Of a stretch of 64,000 nt of DNA, positions 39,301 through 54,267 are shown one piece after another. The stretch's first letter is position 1, and the number at the start of each line of letters is the position of its first letter. Location: the NCBI RefSeq assembly GCF_009914755.1, contig NC_060939.1; one strand, written 5' to 3'. The position numbers and the translations under genes are program-made. Origin of the DNA: the human T2T-CHM13v2.0 reference genome, Homo sapiens. The notes below the pieces were generated by a model. The model ran no database searches. It was not told the origin of the DNA and was given only the letters and a program-made list of their open reading frames with translations.

Positions 39301-40587
39301 GAGCCTACAGTGAGACCTCACATCCATACCAATGTTTTAACCTTTTCTTCCGCCCTTTTTTTAAATAGTTCTAGTCTCCTCATTGCCCCTACTTCCCATT
39401 TTCTAGTTTGAGACTTTATTTTCCCTTGGGCTGTTTTGATTTTCTTTATAACAGCTTATTAATTTTATTTTGTTTTTTACTAATGAAAACATTTGCAATT
39501 GATAAGTACTATTATGCCCCAGATATTTTTATTTTTGGTATTTTATTGATTTCTTTTTGCTACTGTGATAAAATCAGATGTTTATCTGTGAGTGGTGGTA
39601 GGGACAGGCATTTTCTCTTCAAAAAATAAGGAAACGGAAAGTAAAAAAGTAATTATGATTCCTTAGTGGCTATCATTTCTGAAATCAGAAATTATCTTAT
39701 TCTGTCTTTCAGGCTAAGAATACCTTTTTGTTTTGTTTTGTTTTTTTTACAATATATAAAGTGCTTTTATGTATATGATTTTATTTAATCTTAAAAATAT
39801 TCCTATGACGGAAGGTATCTTCATTATCATTTTCAGATGAAGGAACATCTGGGTTTTCATTGTCATGTATTGTATTATAGAGCTTGTGTGACCTCAGGTT
39901 CTATGATTAGAAGAGAGAATGTGGAAAGGGGAAGATGACCCCTTTCACTCTGCACAGGTTGGACCACCCTTGATAGCAGGGCACTGACTGTTGTGGGTGG
40001 AGTGTGTTCAGGAAGTATCAGGGTAATGAGAGGATTCAAAATGGTGCTATGTAAGACATGGTTAAAGGAAATAAGGCTGCTAGTAAGGCATTTGCTGTCA
40101 TAGGGAGGGGCAGTGGAATGTATTCAGTGTGAACTTTAGGGTTGGAGCTTTAAAAATATTTTTGAAACAAAATTGTCCAAAGATGTAGTAAGTGGCCACG
40201 GGAGATACTTTCTCCTGTTTGGTAGTCTGTAAGTATAATCTGGACAACTACTTGGCATTTTAAGGGAATTTAAGCGTCATGTTGGTCTGGATTGGTGGCT
40301 CCATATTGGTGCTGAGCTGTCTACATTTGGAAGTTTTTAAGTAGGCTGGGAGTGTGGCCCAGGAATCTGTATGAAATCTGATGAATAGCTTGTTGGGAAC
40401 CCCTGGACTTGATGACTCTAAGGTTCTTTTCCAATCCCAAGATCTTATGCTTCTGAGAATCACAGAGTAAAGGCTCTCTGAGTTATATTTCCTTATCTGG
40501 AACTGAGATTGGTTTTGGGGAAGGAAAACTATTCTAGGCTCTTCTGTTAACATAGTCCTTTCACAAGCTTTTGCCTTTTTTCCTCAG

Positions 40588-40751
40588 CATTTTCTGCATT
40601 AGCAAATATCGACCTGGCTTTAGAACAAGGAGATGCACTGGCCTTGTTCAGGGCTCTGCAGTCACCAGCCCTGGGGCTTCGAGGACTGCAGCAACAGAAT
40701 AGCGACTGGTACTTGAAGCAGCTCCTGAGTGATAAACAGCAGAAGAGACAG
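40588..40751 (+). CDS. IQGAP1: IQGAP1 exon 10 (164 nt; TFSALANIDLALEQGDA...DKQQKRQ)
   Basis: cctcag acceptor, gtaaac donor. Confidence 0.97.
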
Positions 40752-41573
40752 GTAAACATAGTCTGGATTGAAGCTGCAAGAGTTTGTATATATCCATTCG
40801 AATCCCATGCTGTCATTTAAAGATATATATGCTGCCTTTGTTTTTCCCCCAATACGACTTTTTCCTCTGCATATAAATTAGTTTAAAAAAAAATCCTCAG
40901 GTAAAATACACATTGTCTTCAGCTCACTTTTGCTTTTAGAGCTATGAATCCTCTTTTAAGATAAACAGACAATACCCACCCATCCCCAGTCTAATCACTC
41001 CTTCACTTCAGCTGTCTCTCTCTCCAACTAAAAGACATTGGGGAAAACCTGAATATTTTTGCATTCTTACGTCAGGAATTTGCACTTTAAAAAAAAACTG
41101 CACCTTATTAGTTTGCTCTGGCCAAAGCTGGAAAAGTACTTACTGTGCAGTCAGGGTAGCTTGTGTGGGATTGTATTTCGTGGGTTTTTTTTTTTTAGAA
41201 CAAACATGAGGGGCTTTCTTTTTTGTCTAAATAAGGGCAAGTATACATTTTACAAATATCCAGCGTACGTTGGTCAAAGTAAGTAGCATTAACGTGCTTA
41301 AGATTCTACAAACACTTTTTCCTTAGAACTTTTTGAGGCTTTTCATGTAATATGTTTAAGAATGTACTGGTATCTGTAAAGTCACTCTACCCCAGCTTTG
41401 GCAAAGGCATTTGGCTCTACCTGGGGCTGCCACCTTGGCTGCATGTAGCCTGAGCTGTCACTTATGACTATGGCTCTCTCTGTCCCTAGTGACTGCTTTT
41501 GAGAGATGAGAACCTTAAGGCCTGGAGTCATAGGAATGAGTAATCTTTACATAATTTTCTTTGCTTTGCTCAG

Positions 41574-41658
41574 AGTGGTCAGACTGACCCCCTGCAGAAG
41601 GAGGAGCTGCAGTCTGGAGTGGATGCTGCAAACAGTGCTGCCCAGCAATATCAGAGAA
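41574..41658 (+). CDS. IQGAP1: IQGAP1 exon 11 (85 nt; SGQTDPLQKEELQSGVDAANSAAQQYQR)
   Basis: gctcag acceptor, gtaaga donor. Confidence 0.97.
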
Positions 41659-41825
41659 GTAAGAGTCCATTGAAATTGTATGGGAGGAAAGTTGTGGCTT
41701 TGTGTTATTGAAGGGTCTGAGGTTAGCTTCTGTCATCGTCATCACCCACTCTGAGCCTACTAGCCATAACCAACTGCCAGGTACTTTTGGTGGCAGGAGG
41801 GTTCCTCCAGTTTGTTGTTGTGGTG

Positions 41826-42343
41826 GTTTTAATTGCTGTGTAATAGTTGTACATATTTTGAGGGTACATGTGTTTTGTTTTTTAAACCAACCAAGAAGCA
41901 CTGACACCAACCAAGAAGCACTGACGTATGATATTTTGATACATGCATACAATGTATTATGATCAAATCAGGGTAATTGGAATATTTGTCACCTAACGCA
42001 TTTATCTTTTGTTGATGTTGGGAACATTCCAGTTCTTCTGTTTTGAACTATACATTATTGTTAACTATCATCATCCTACTGTGCTATCTAACACTAGACC
42101 TATTCCTTGTATCTAATGGTAATTTTGTACCCGTTAGCCAACCTCTCTATGTCCTCCTCCCCACTACCCTTCCCAGCTTCTGGGAACCACCAGTCAACTC
42201 TACCTCTGTGAGATCCACTTTTTTAGCTCCCATATATGAGTGAGATCAGGAGGTATTTGCCTTTCTGTGTCTGGCTTATTTCACTTAACATAATGACCTT
42301 CAGTTTTTATGGCTGAATAATATTCCATTATGTGTATACACTA

Positions 42344-42381
<38 letters not shown>

Positions 42382-43847
42382 ATTTATTCATTGATGGACG
42401 CTTAGGTTGATTTCATATCTTGGCTATTGTGAATACAGCTGCAGTAAACATGGGAGTGCTGATTTCCTTTCTTTTGGCCATATACCTAGCAATGGGATTG
42501 CTGAATCATATGTAGTTTTATTTTAATTTTTTGAGGACTCTCCATCCTGTTTTCCGTAGCGGCTATAGTAATTTATATTCCCATCAACAGTGTATGAGCC
42601 CTTTCTCTGCAGCCTTCCCAGCATTTGTTATTTTTTGTCTTTGATAAAAGCCATTTTAATTGGGGTGAGAAAGTATCTCATTGTGGTTTTGATGTGTATT
42701 TCCCTGATGATTAATGATGTTGAGCATTTTTTCATATACCTGTTGGCCATTTGTGTGTCTTCTTTTGATAAAAATCTATTCAGCTTATTTGCCCATGTAA
42801 AAATTGGATTATTTGTGGGGTTTTTTTTTGTTTTTTTTTTTTTGGCTGTTGTTTGAATTTCTTATATATTATGGTTATTGTTCTCTTCTCAGATGGATCG
42901 TTTGCAAATGTTTTCTCCTGTTCTATATGTTGTCTCTTCACTTTGTTGTTGGTTTCCTTTGCTGTGCAGAAGCTTTTTAGCTTGACATAGTCCTGTTTGT
43001 CTATTTTTGCTTTCGTTGCTTATGCTTTTAAGGTCTTAGCTAAATGGCTTTGCTTAGACCAGTGTCCTGAAGCATTTCCCCAATGTTTTCTTCCAGTCGC
43101 TTCATAGTTTCAGGTCTTAGATTTAAGTCTTTAATCTATTTTGATTTATTTTTGTATATTATGAGAGATAGGGATCTAGCTTTATTCTTCTGCATATGGT
43201 TATCCAGTTTTCTCAACACCATTTATTGAAGAGACTGTCTGTCTCAGCCCATTTTACGTGGCTATAAAGGGATACTTGAAGTGGGGTAATTTATTAGCTC
43301 ACAGCTCTGCAGGCTGTGCAAGAAGCAAGGCACCAGCATCTGCTCAGCTTCTGGTGAGGGCTTTTGTGCTGCATCAAAATATGAAGGAGAAGATCAAAGG
43401 GCAAGTGGGCTCATGTGAAGAGAGACTGATCCCCGGGGTAGTGAGTAGGGGTCCTGGCTTTATAACAACCCATTCTAATGAGAACTGATCCGTTCTCCCC
43501 AAGAACCAATCCAATCTTGCAAGAGCTCACTACCATGAGAATGGCACAAAGCCGTTGATGAGACATTTGCTCCTATGACCCACACAGCTCCTACTAGGCC
43601 CTGCCTCCCAACACCACCACACTGGGGATCAAGTTTCTTCTTTTTTTTTTTCATACCCTTAGGGTGATGTCAGGTATCAGATTTCAATGTGAGATTTGGT
43701 AGGGACAAATAAACCAATCCAAACCATAGCACTGTCTTTTCCCTGATGTGTGTTCTTGGTGTCTTTGTCAAAAAATGTTCTCCTCATGGCTGTAAATGTG
43801 TGGCTTTGTTTCTGAGTTCTCTATGGTGTTCTGTTGGTCTGTGTGCC
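41826..43847 (-). mobile_element. L1MA-like 3' fragment with nested MaLR LTR
   Basis: gggtacatgtg...gatcaaatcagggtaattgg 3'UTR motif followed by antisense ORF2 3' sequence. Confidence 0.85.
43240..43731. mobile_element. MaLR solo LTR (MSTB/MSTC-like) nested in L1
   Basis: tgtctcag...aaaccatagca ends; 5-bp TSD ctgtc. Confidence 0.85.
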
Positions 43848-44142
43848 CTTTTTTTTTTTTTTTGAGACGGAGTCTCACTCTGTTGCCAGGCTGGAGTGCA
43901 GTGGCACAATTTCAGCTCACTGCAACCTCTGACTCCCTGGTTCAAGCGATTCTCCTCTCTCAGCCTCCTGAGGAGCTGGGATTACAGGCACGTGCCACCA
44001 CACCTAGCTCATTTTTGCATTTTTAGTAGAGACGGGGTTTCACCGTGTTGACCAGGATGGTCTCGATCTCCTGACCTCGTGATCCACCTGCCTTGGCCTC
44101 CCAAAGTGCTGGGATTACAAGCGTGAGCCACCGTGCCTGGCC
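43848..44142 (-). mobile_element. AluSc-like
   Basis: Alu consensus, aggatggtctcgatctc. Confidence 0.88.
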
Positions 44143-44789
44143 AAGTTACTCCAGTTTTAAAGGTAGAACTGGAGTCAATATAGCCTCACTTTGGCTCGCA
44201 CACACTTCATGATTTGTTAGGGAAATATCTGGAGGAGGTGAGACTTAAGGGATCGCTAAGATTTGGATGGTGAAAGAGGTGAGAAAAGAACGTCCTAGTG
44301 CAGGACAATGAGGGAAAAAGGAGGTGGGAGCGGAAGTACAGGTAGTGAAAGATGTCTTTGAGGAATGGTGGTTAGAATACAAATTTTGTAAATGTTTTGG
44401 GCTGAGTTGTGTAAGATCAAGGGGTGGAAAGATTGTAGAAAGCTTTGAATGGTAGCTTAAGAAGCCAGGCAGTAGGAGAAGGAAGAGGTGGTTTAGATGG
44501 GAAGTAGTGGTAGCATATAGGATGAATTGAACGGGAAGAAAATAGGGATGAGGAGAACAGTTAGGAGGCTGCTTTTTGAAGAAAACATCTTGATTGAGAC
44601 ATGGTTCACATACCGTACAGTTCACCCTTCTTCAGACAAAGGAGGCTGCTTTTTTAAAGACGAAAGTTCCACTTCAAACTTCATGGCTGATAGCCACAGA
44701 ATGTGATATTTTTCCCATGAAGATTGGCACCTTCTTCCCCTGAGGGCTCTCTAAGCCCACTGCGTTTCTGACTCCTGTTTTTTACACAG

Positions 44790-44953
44790 GATTGGCAGCA
44801 GTAGCACTGATTAATGCTGCAATCCAGAAGGGTGTTGCTGAGAAGACTGTTTTGGAACTGATGAATCCCGAAGCCCAGCTGCCCCAGGTGTATCCATTTG
44901 CCGCCGATCTCTATCAGAAGGAGCTGGCTACCCTGCAGCGACAAAGTCCTGAA
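44790..44953 (+). CDS. IQGAP1: IQGAP1 exon 12 (164 nt; RLAAVALINAAIQKGVAEK...LQRQSPE)
   Basis: acacag acceptor, gtgagt donor; overlaps ORF 44792..44983. Confidence 0.97.
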
Positions 44954-45146
44954 GTGAGTTCACTAAACCTGTCCTGTTTGTGAGCAAAGTTGGGTGGACG
45001 TGAGTGTAATACCCACTTCTTCCTGTGGTTAGGTAGAACTTTTTTGCATAAACTTGGTTTTCTTACAGTTTTATTAAACTTATAACTCCCTGGGTCTTGG
45101 AGAATGTCTTTCCTCACTGTTTTCCCTTCTGTCCCTTTCTGTACAG

Positions 45147-45307
45147 CATAATCTCACCCACCCAGAGCTCTCTGTCGCAGTGGAGATGTTGTCATCGGTG
45201 GCCCTGATCAACAGGGCATTGGAATCAGGAGATGTGAATACAGTGTGGAAGCAATTGAGCAGTTCAGTTACTGGTCTTACCAATATTGAGGAAGAAAACT
45301 GTCAGAG
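45147..45307 (+). CDS. IQGAP1: IQGAP1 exon 13 (161 nt; HNLTHPELSVAVEMLSSVALINRALESGD...EEENCQR)
   Basis: gtacag acceptor, gtgggt donor. Confidence 0.97.
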
Positions 45308-46442
45308 GTGGGTGTCCAGAGTGAAGGGAATAAATCCATTACGTAGCTGTTAACCCTGTCTTTTGTATGTCAGTGCTCCGATTTTCTTTGCAGGCATTAT
45401 TACTTTATCATGGTCATACTTTTGTTTGGTTCTACTTTGATTCACTTAATTCTTTGTTATGCTGAAAAATATGACATTCCGTTCCTAAATATATAAGTAG
45501 GCTTAAATATGTTACATAGTCAAAATAACACTATCTCTGACAAAGTTAAATAATACTTTTTAAATATCATCTAACCCTAGCTAGTTCATTTTCATTCTTC
45601 ATTTGTTCCCAAACTGTCCTTTATAGCTGTTTTGTTGAAAACAAGATCTAGCCTAGGAACATGTATTATATCTGGCTGTTGTGTCCCTTGAGTATCTTTT
45701 AATCTAGAATTGTCCCTTTCTTCATGAGACTGACTTGTTAAAGGGATGGGACCAATTGCCTATTTTATGGATAGTTCTAGTTGCTTTCTCATATTTGCCT
45801 TATTCCTGTAAATTGGAAATTAAATTTCTAGGCTTGTCACGATTCAGTTCAACATTTTTGATGATGTGTATTTCATATTGCCTCATATCAATAGGCATAT
45901 AAAACCCACTTTTCCCACCATCCCACCATTAGAGATACTAAGATTGATCCCTGGATTAGGGAGACCACTTATACTTCCATTGCGTATTTACGCTTTTCCC
46001 TCATCACTAGAACATCATCTCTTTTGCACCGTCAAAATATCTAGTTTTCCATTAAGCATTCACGTGATATTTTTAACCCAATTGATAATCTTTCCTAAAT
46101 CAGTACCTTCAGTAAAAGTTGCTGAATGATGATTTGTTGCTCTGTCATTCCTCCTGCATTTATTAGCTCATGTGTAGCCTTTTTTTCTTGTCTATGGAGG
46201 AATTGCTTGAACTGCTGCCTTTAATTCTAGAGTTAGTCTTAACATGGAATTTAGAATATGTAACAGGATATTGAGAATAAGTGATTTCTGTTGCATTTTT
46301 GCACTTTGTTTAAAGTAACTGTGCAGTTCCAAAACTGGTCTTGAGAATATATCAAATGGTTGGGATACCCTAGCAATCTTTGTTCCTTGAATATTTAAAC
46401 ATGCTGTGCTTAATGCTCTTTTTACTTGGGGGTCTGGGGCAG

Positions 46443-46567
46443 GTATCTCGATGAGTTGATGAAACTGAAGGCTCAGGCACATGCAGAGAATAATGAATTC
46501 ATTACATGGAATGATATCCAAGCTTGCGTGGACCATGTGAACCTGGTGGTGCAAGAGGAACATGAGA
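46443..46567 (+). CDS. IQGAP1: IQGAP1 exon 14 (125 nt; YLDELMKLKAQAHAENNEFITWNDIQACVDHVNLVVQEEHE)
   Basis: gggcag acceptor, gtgagt donor; overlaps ORF 46426..46620. Confidence 0.96.
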
Positions 46568-46809
46568 GTGAGTTATCTTCCTGTCCTCCCCAAATAATGT
46601 CACCATTAATGATGATGTGATTCCATGAAGTGGTTCAAAATACTACTCCTAGAAGGATTTTTGGGTGAGAGATTGAAAATATCTATATAACACAAAAGGC
46701 TAAAGTTGGATATTGTTTTGAGAACACCAGGCAATTGCTATAATTAGGTATATGTCCAGTAAGAACTAAATTTTGGGGGAGGTGAATTGAACATGATCTG
46801 TTATTTTTA

Positions 46810-47552
46810 AATGCTGTTATAACAAGTAGTCCTGACACTACATGGAATTAGGTTGAATTGCACAGGTTGTAGGCATGGTCCTCCACAAGACTCCTCTCAC
46901 TTCAGACACAAGCTGAAAGCTGCAGGGTTCCCAGGCCACTGTACTTCTGAACAACTGGCTGCAAATTTGGAGGATCCCTTCTACCCGCTCAGGTTTAATA
47001 ATTTGCTAGAATGACTCACAGAACTCAAGAAAATGCTAGACTTACGATTAAAATTTTATTACAAAATATGTAAATCAGGATCAGCTGAAAGAAGAGAATC
47101 ATCAGGCAATATCTGTGAGAGTCCCCAATATGAAGCTTCTGTGTTCTCAGGATGTGTCACTCTCCTGGCACATTGACGTGTATCACCAACCAGGGAAACA
47201 CACCTGAGTTTTGGGTGTCCAGAGTTTTTATTTGGGTTCGTTACATATGCGTGATTGATAGTATTGGCTTTGCGATTAAACTCAATTTTCATTTGGCCTC
47301 TGCTCCCTGGAGAATGGGAGGCCAGGCTGGTATCACGTGACTCTATACCTCAGTGGTTGATCTTTCCAGCATGGCCAGCCTCCATCCTTAAACTCTCATG
47401 AGGCCAACCAGGAGTCATTGGTTGGCATAAATTCAGGTGTGGGCGGAGGGGCCCACCATGAATCACAGAAACATACCTATCACTCAGGATATCCCAAGGG
47501 TCTTAGACGCTCCCCCAGAGACAAAGACCAGCCAGACTTTTTATTATACAGC
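46810..47552. mobile_element. MER21-like LTR
   Basis: caggtttaataatttgctagaatgactcacagaactc and cacttcagacac motifs recalled from MER21. Confidence 0.7.
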
Positions 47553-48166
47553 AGAGTCCTTACAAAAGCAGTACGGCTGCCTAAGATACCTGGGGAGTGA
47601 ACGTTCCTAATTTTAATTTGTATTTCCTGGGAGAAATATTCAACTGACTTGGTGGGAAGAGCCTTGCTTCGCATTAGGGAGCCCTGCGCTTGGATCTTTC
47701 TTCTGCCATTTGTTTGCTGTGTAATCTTGGAGAAGAGATTGCTAAGCCTTGTTATTTCTTCTATAAAAGTGTTGAATTAGATGACTTTTTAAGAACCCTT
47801 GAACCTTTTTAAGACTCTTCGTGAATCCTTTGTGACTCAAGAATGTTTTTGATTACACATTCCAGTGTACCTGAAAGCTATACAGTAAGGCCAGTTTCAT
47901 AAAAATCCTCATCGCTTTTAAGTTAGAGCAATTAAAAATGAAACAAAAGGACTTGAGCATTCAATAGGAATATGAATACAAGTGAGTTTAGTTGAAATAA
48001 ATACTAATTAAAAAATGAAAACAGTGCTGCTTAACGGATGGTAAGTTGCAGTTTGAATCATGGTTACTCTTAGGTGGATTTATGATTAGTTAGCATGTTC
48101 CATGATTGATTTGTTTATGTACTTCCTTAATTAGAAAAAAAAAACTTTCTGTCTCTTTATATTTAG

Positions 48167-48330
48167 GGATTTTAGCCATTGGTTTAATTAATGAAGCCCT
48201 GGATGAAGGTGATGCCCAAAAGACTCTGCAGGCCCTACAGATTCCTGCAGCTAAACTTGAGGGAGTCCTTGCAGAAGTGGCCCAGCATTACCAAGACACG
48301 CTGATTAGAGCGAAGAGAGAGAAAGCCCAG
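48167..48330 (+). CDS. IQGAP1: IQGAP1 exon 15 (164 nt; RILAIGLINEALDEGDAQK...AKREKAQ)
   Basis: atttag acceptor, gtgagt donor; overlaps ORF 48106..48393. Confidence 0.97.
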
Positions 48331-48605
48331 GTGAGTGGCATCGGAATTGTTCTTTATGTTCAGAGCACCTCAGCCCTCCTAGAACAAAGGTAGAGGTAGG
48401 AATATCTTCCTTGATTCATTCAGTGAATGCCTTCTGGGCACCCTTAGATTCAAAGCACTGGAGGGACACAAAAATGTGAGAGACATAGGCTCCACCTACT
48501 AGGAGCTCATGCTGTTTTACACATTTGGGTTTTTGTTCTTTTGTTTGTTGTTGACAGTCTTTTGTGTCTCTTTCAGTAAATTCTTTACTGAAATATAAGA
48601 TCCAG

Positions 48606-48908
48606 GGCTGGGCGCAGTGGCTCACGCCTTGTAATCCCACAGCACTTTGAGAGGCCAAGGCAGGCAGATCCCTTGAGGCCAGGAGTTCAAGACCAGCCTG
48701 GCCAACATGGTGAAACCTCATCTCTACTAAAAAAAAAAAAAAAAATACAAAAATTAGCTGGGCGTGGTGGTGCATGCCTGTAATCCCAGCTACTTGGTAG
48801 GCTGAGGCACAGGAATTACTTGAGCCTGAGAGGTGGAGGTTGCAGTGAGCCGAGATTGCGCCACTGCACTCCAGTCTGGGGGACAGAGTAAGACTCCGTC
48901 TCAAAAAA

Positions 48909-48940
<32 letters not shown>

Positions 48941-49016
48941 ATATATATATATACGTATATATATAATATACGTATATATACATATATACGATCCAGAAAA
49001 AAAAATATATATATAT
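48606..49016 (+). mobile_element. AluS with (TA)/(TG) microsatellite tail
   Basis: Alu consensus; gatccag-containing TSD remnants. Confidence 0.9.
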
Positions 49017-49059
49017 GATCCAGAAAAATGAACAAGGTAGATGGGTATGCAATTGCATA

Positions 49060-50365
<1,306 letters not shown>

Positions 50366-52070
50366 ATTCGTGATTTGATAGACACTTAGCATGAGTGACA
50401 GCTATATAAGTTGTATCTTCAATCTACTTCCCTTTTTAGATATGGAAGCCGACCTAGCTTATTCTCCGAAACCCCACTCCTCTGACAGTCAGATATAAGG
50501 CTCCCTTTGGACTTTCTTAGCAGCAAAAACAAACATTACTACCACTAGCATACATAGAATCATTGCAGCCTGACACATTAGAGATTCTGAATCAGTAGAA
50601 TTAGACTTTAAGCTTAGGAATCTGTATTTTAAAAATGACTTTTTCATTGTTCTGATGACCAGCCAAGTTTGGGAAACACTAATCTAATAAAATGAATCAA
50701 AGACAGAGACTTCCATTTCTAGCTTCCCTAGAGCCAACTACTTCTTATCCGAGTAAGTAAAATCAGTTGATCTCAATTTCCTGGCTATGAAATAGCAGTT
50801 GTGATTCAACCCTCTCCACAGCATCAAGTGACATTCTGCATAATTATATCTCTTAAATGAAACCTGGTAGTATCTATCAGATACTACACTTACATGATTA
50901 GGACATGGTAATGTCAACTACTGCCATGCCAATGTAATCAAAGGAGATCAGTCAACATCATAATATTACCAACATATAAAATTGCCCACTCCTCTACCCT
51001 TCACCAAAACTTACAGAGCCCACACGAGTGTCAGTGTGCAAAAAGCTCCAATACACTAAAGCCTTGGTCTGTTTTTATACGTCTGGCTACTCAGAATTAA
51101 AAATTTCTTTTAGCCCTTCCGCTTGCTGCCTCACTTCAGGAGTCTTCTGAAGGCTATGGTTCTATCCAGTTGTTGTTACTTAGTAAGCACTGAAAAGGAG
51201 GTCAATCACAATTAGAAAACAGATGTTAATTATGCTTTAATCAACAATTATTTGAGGGCCTACTACATACAAGGCAACTTCCTAGACAGCAACAGCATAA
51301 AAAGAGGCATAAACCTTGTCAATTTCCTCAGCAAACTAGGTAGCGGGTAAGACAAACATTTTAAAAGATGAGTTTATGTTACAATTACTTTAACAACTTT
51401 ATCTTCATAGTAGCATTATTCCTGATAGCCACAGTGGAAAAAAACAGTATGTCTATCAAGTCAGGAATAGATAAAGTGTAAATAATTCAAAAGGCTGTGT
51501 GTGCGTTTTGTTTGGGTCATCGGAGTAAAACTTTTTGAGGATGTGACTATAGAGTTTGAAGCATTTCCTTTGCTGTGGAATAACTTTTCAGACTTCATCA
51601 AAGGCGGAGGAAGTCGGGGGAGTTAAAGGAAAAATTGCTTAACATTGCCAGGCCCAGCTGGGTGAACTACACATTGGGTGGAATTGTTTTTTGTTTGTTT
51701 GTTTTTGGTTTGGGTTTTTTGTTTTGTTTTGTTTTGTTTTTTGTTTTTGGCATCACCTGAGCATCTAAGTCTCCATCAGCCATTTGGGAGTGTTTTTAAA
51801 AATATTTATCACTGAGTTACAAATTTAGAGAGCAAAAGATCTTAATTTAAATTTGGTCTGTAGTTTTATTTTCTTCTGATATCTTTGTGTTTGGTTTTGG
51901 TATCAGGGTAATACTGGCCTCATGACTTGAAGTGTTCCTTTTATATTTTCAAAGAGTTTGTAAAGGATTAGCTAGTTCTTTAAACATTTGTTACAAGTCA
52001 CCAGTGAGGCCACGTGGTCCGGAGTTTTTTGTGTGGGGGATATTTTTTGTTTTGTTTTGAGCTGCAGTAC

Positions 52071-52278
52071 TGTGTAGGAAAGGGGTCCCGATGCAGACCC
52101 CAAGAGATGGTTCTTGGATCTCACACAAGAAAGAATTCAGAGAGAGTCCATAGAGTGAAGTGGAAGCAAGTTTATTAAGAAAGTAAAGGAATAAAAGAAT
52201 GGCTTCTCCATAGACAGAGCAGCCCTGAGGGCCGCTGGTTGCCCATTTTATATTTCATGATGATATGCTAAACAAGAG
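52071..52278 (-). mobile_element. MER4-family LTR fragment within old L1M sequence (about 51850-53435)
   Basis: ggaaaggggtcccgat.cagaccccaagaga.ggttcttggatctc motif. Confidence 0.75.
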
Positions 52279-52731
52279 CTTTATCAGATCTTTTCTGAGC
52301 ATGTGCACAGCCCACACATGCACTGTGGCCTCCTAGATCCCATCCAGGAATATGTCAAGTTGTCAGAGCTCTCCATGAACATCTCATTCTCCAGCTTTTC
52401 CTTATAAGGTTTTTAGTTAGTCTCTTGTTTGCCTAAACTGTTATCCTTAATGTTTTTGACAATTGCTTTTGGAGAAAAGGCTGTTTGCAGTGGATGAGCT
52501 CTTGGTCAGGTCAAATAAAGACAGCCATGCGAGTGTGACCTCTGAACAGGTCAGCTAATGACAGTTCTTTGGGAATGGGGCTTTGAAGGGATGGTAGGAG
52601 GGGCAGATTGGAATAGGGGAGTTTAAAGCACCACAGAACTCACTGTTCTTACTGAGTTTCAGCTGTTTTTCTTGAATGCATTCTCCAATTTCTGCAAGCC
52701 TTTGGTTAATTTCTACCGTATTGAAAAAACT

Positions 52732-54267
<1,536 letters not shown>

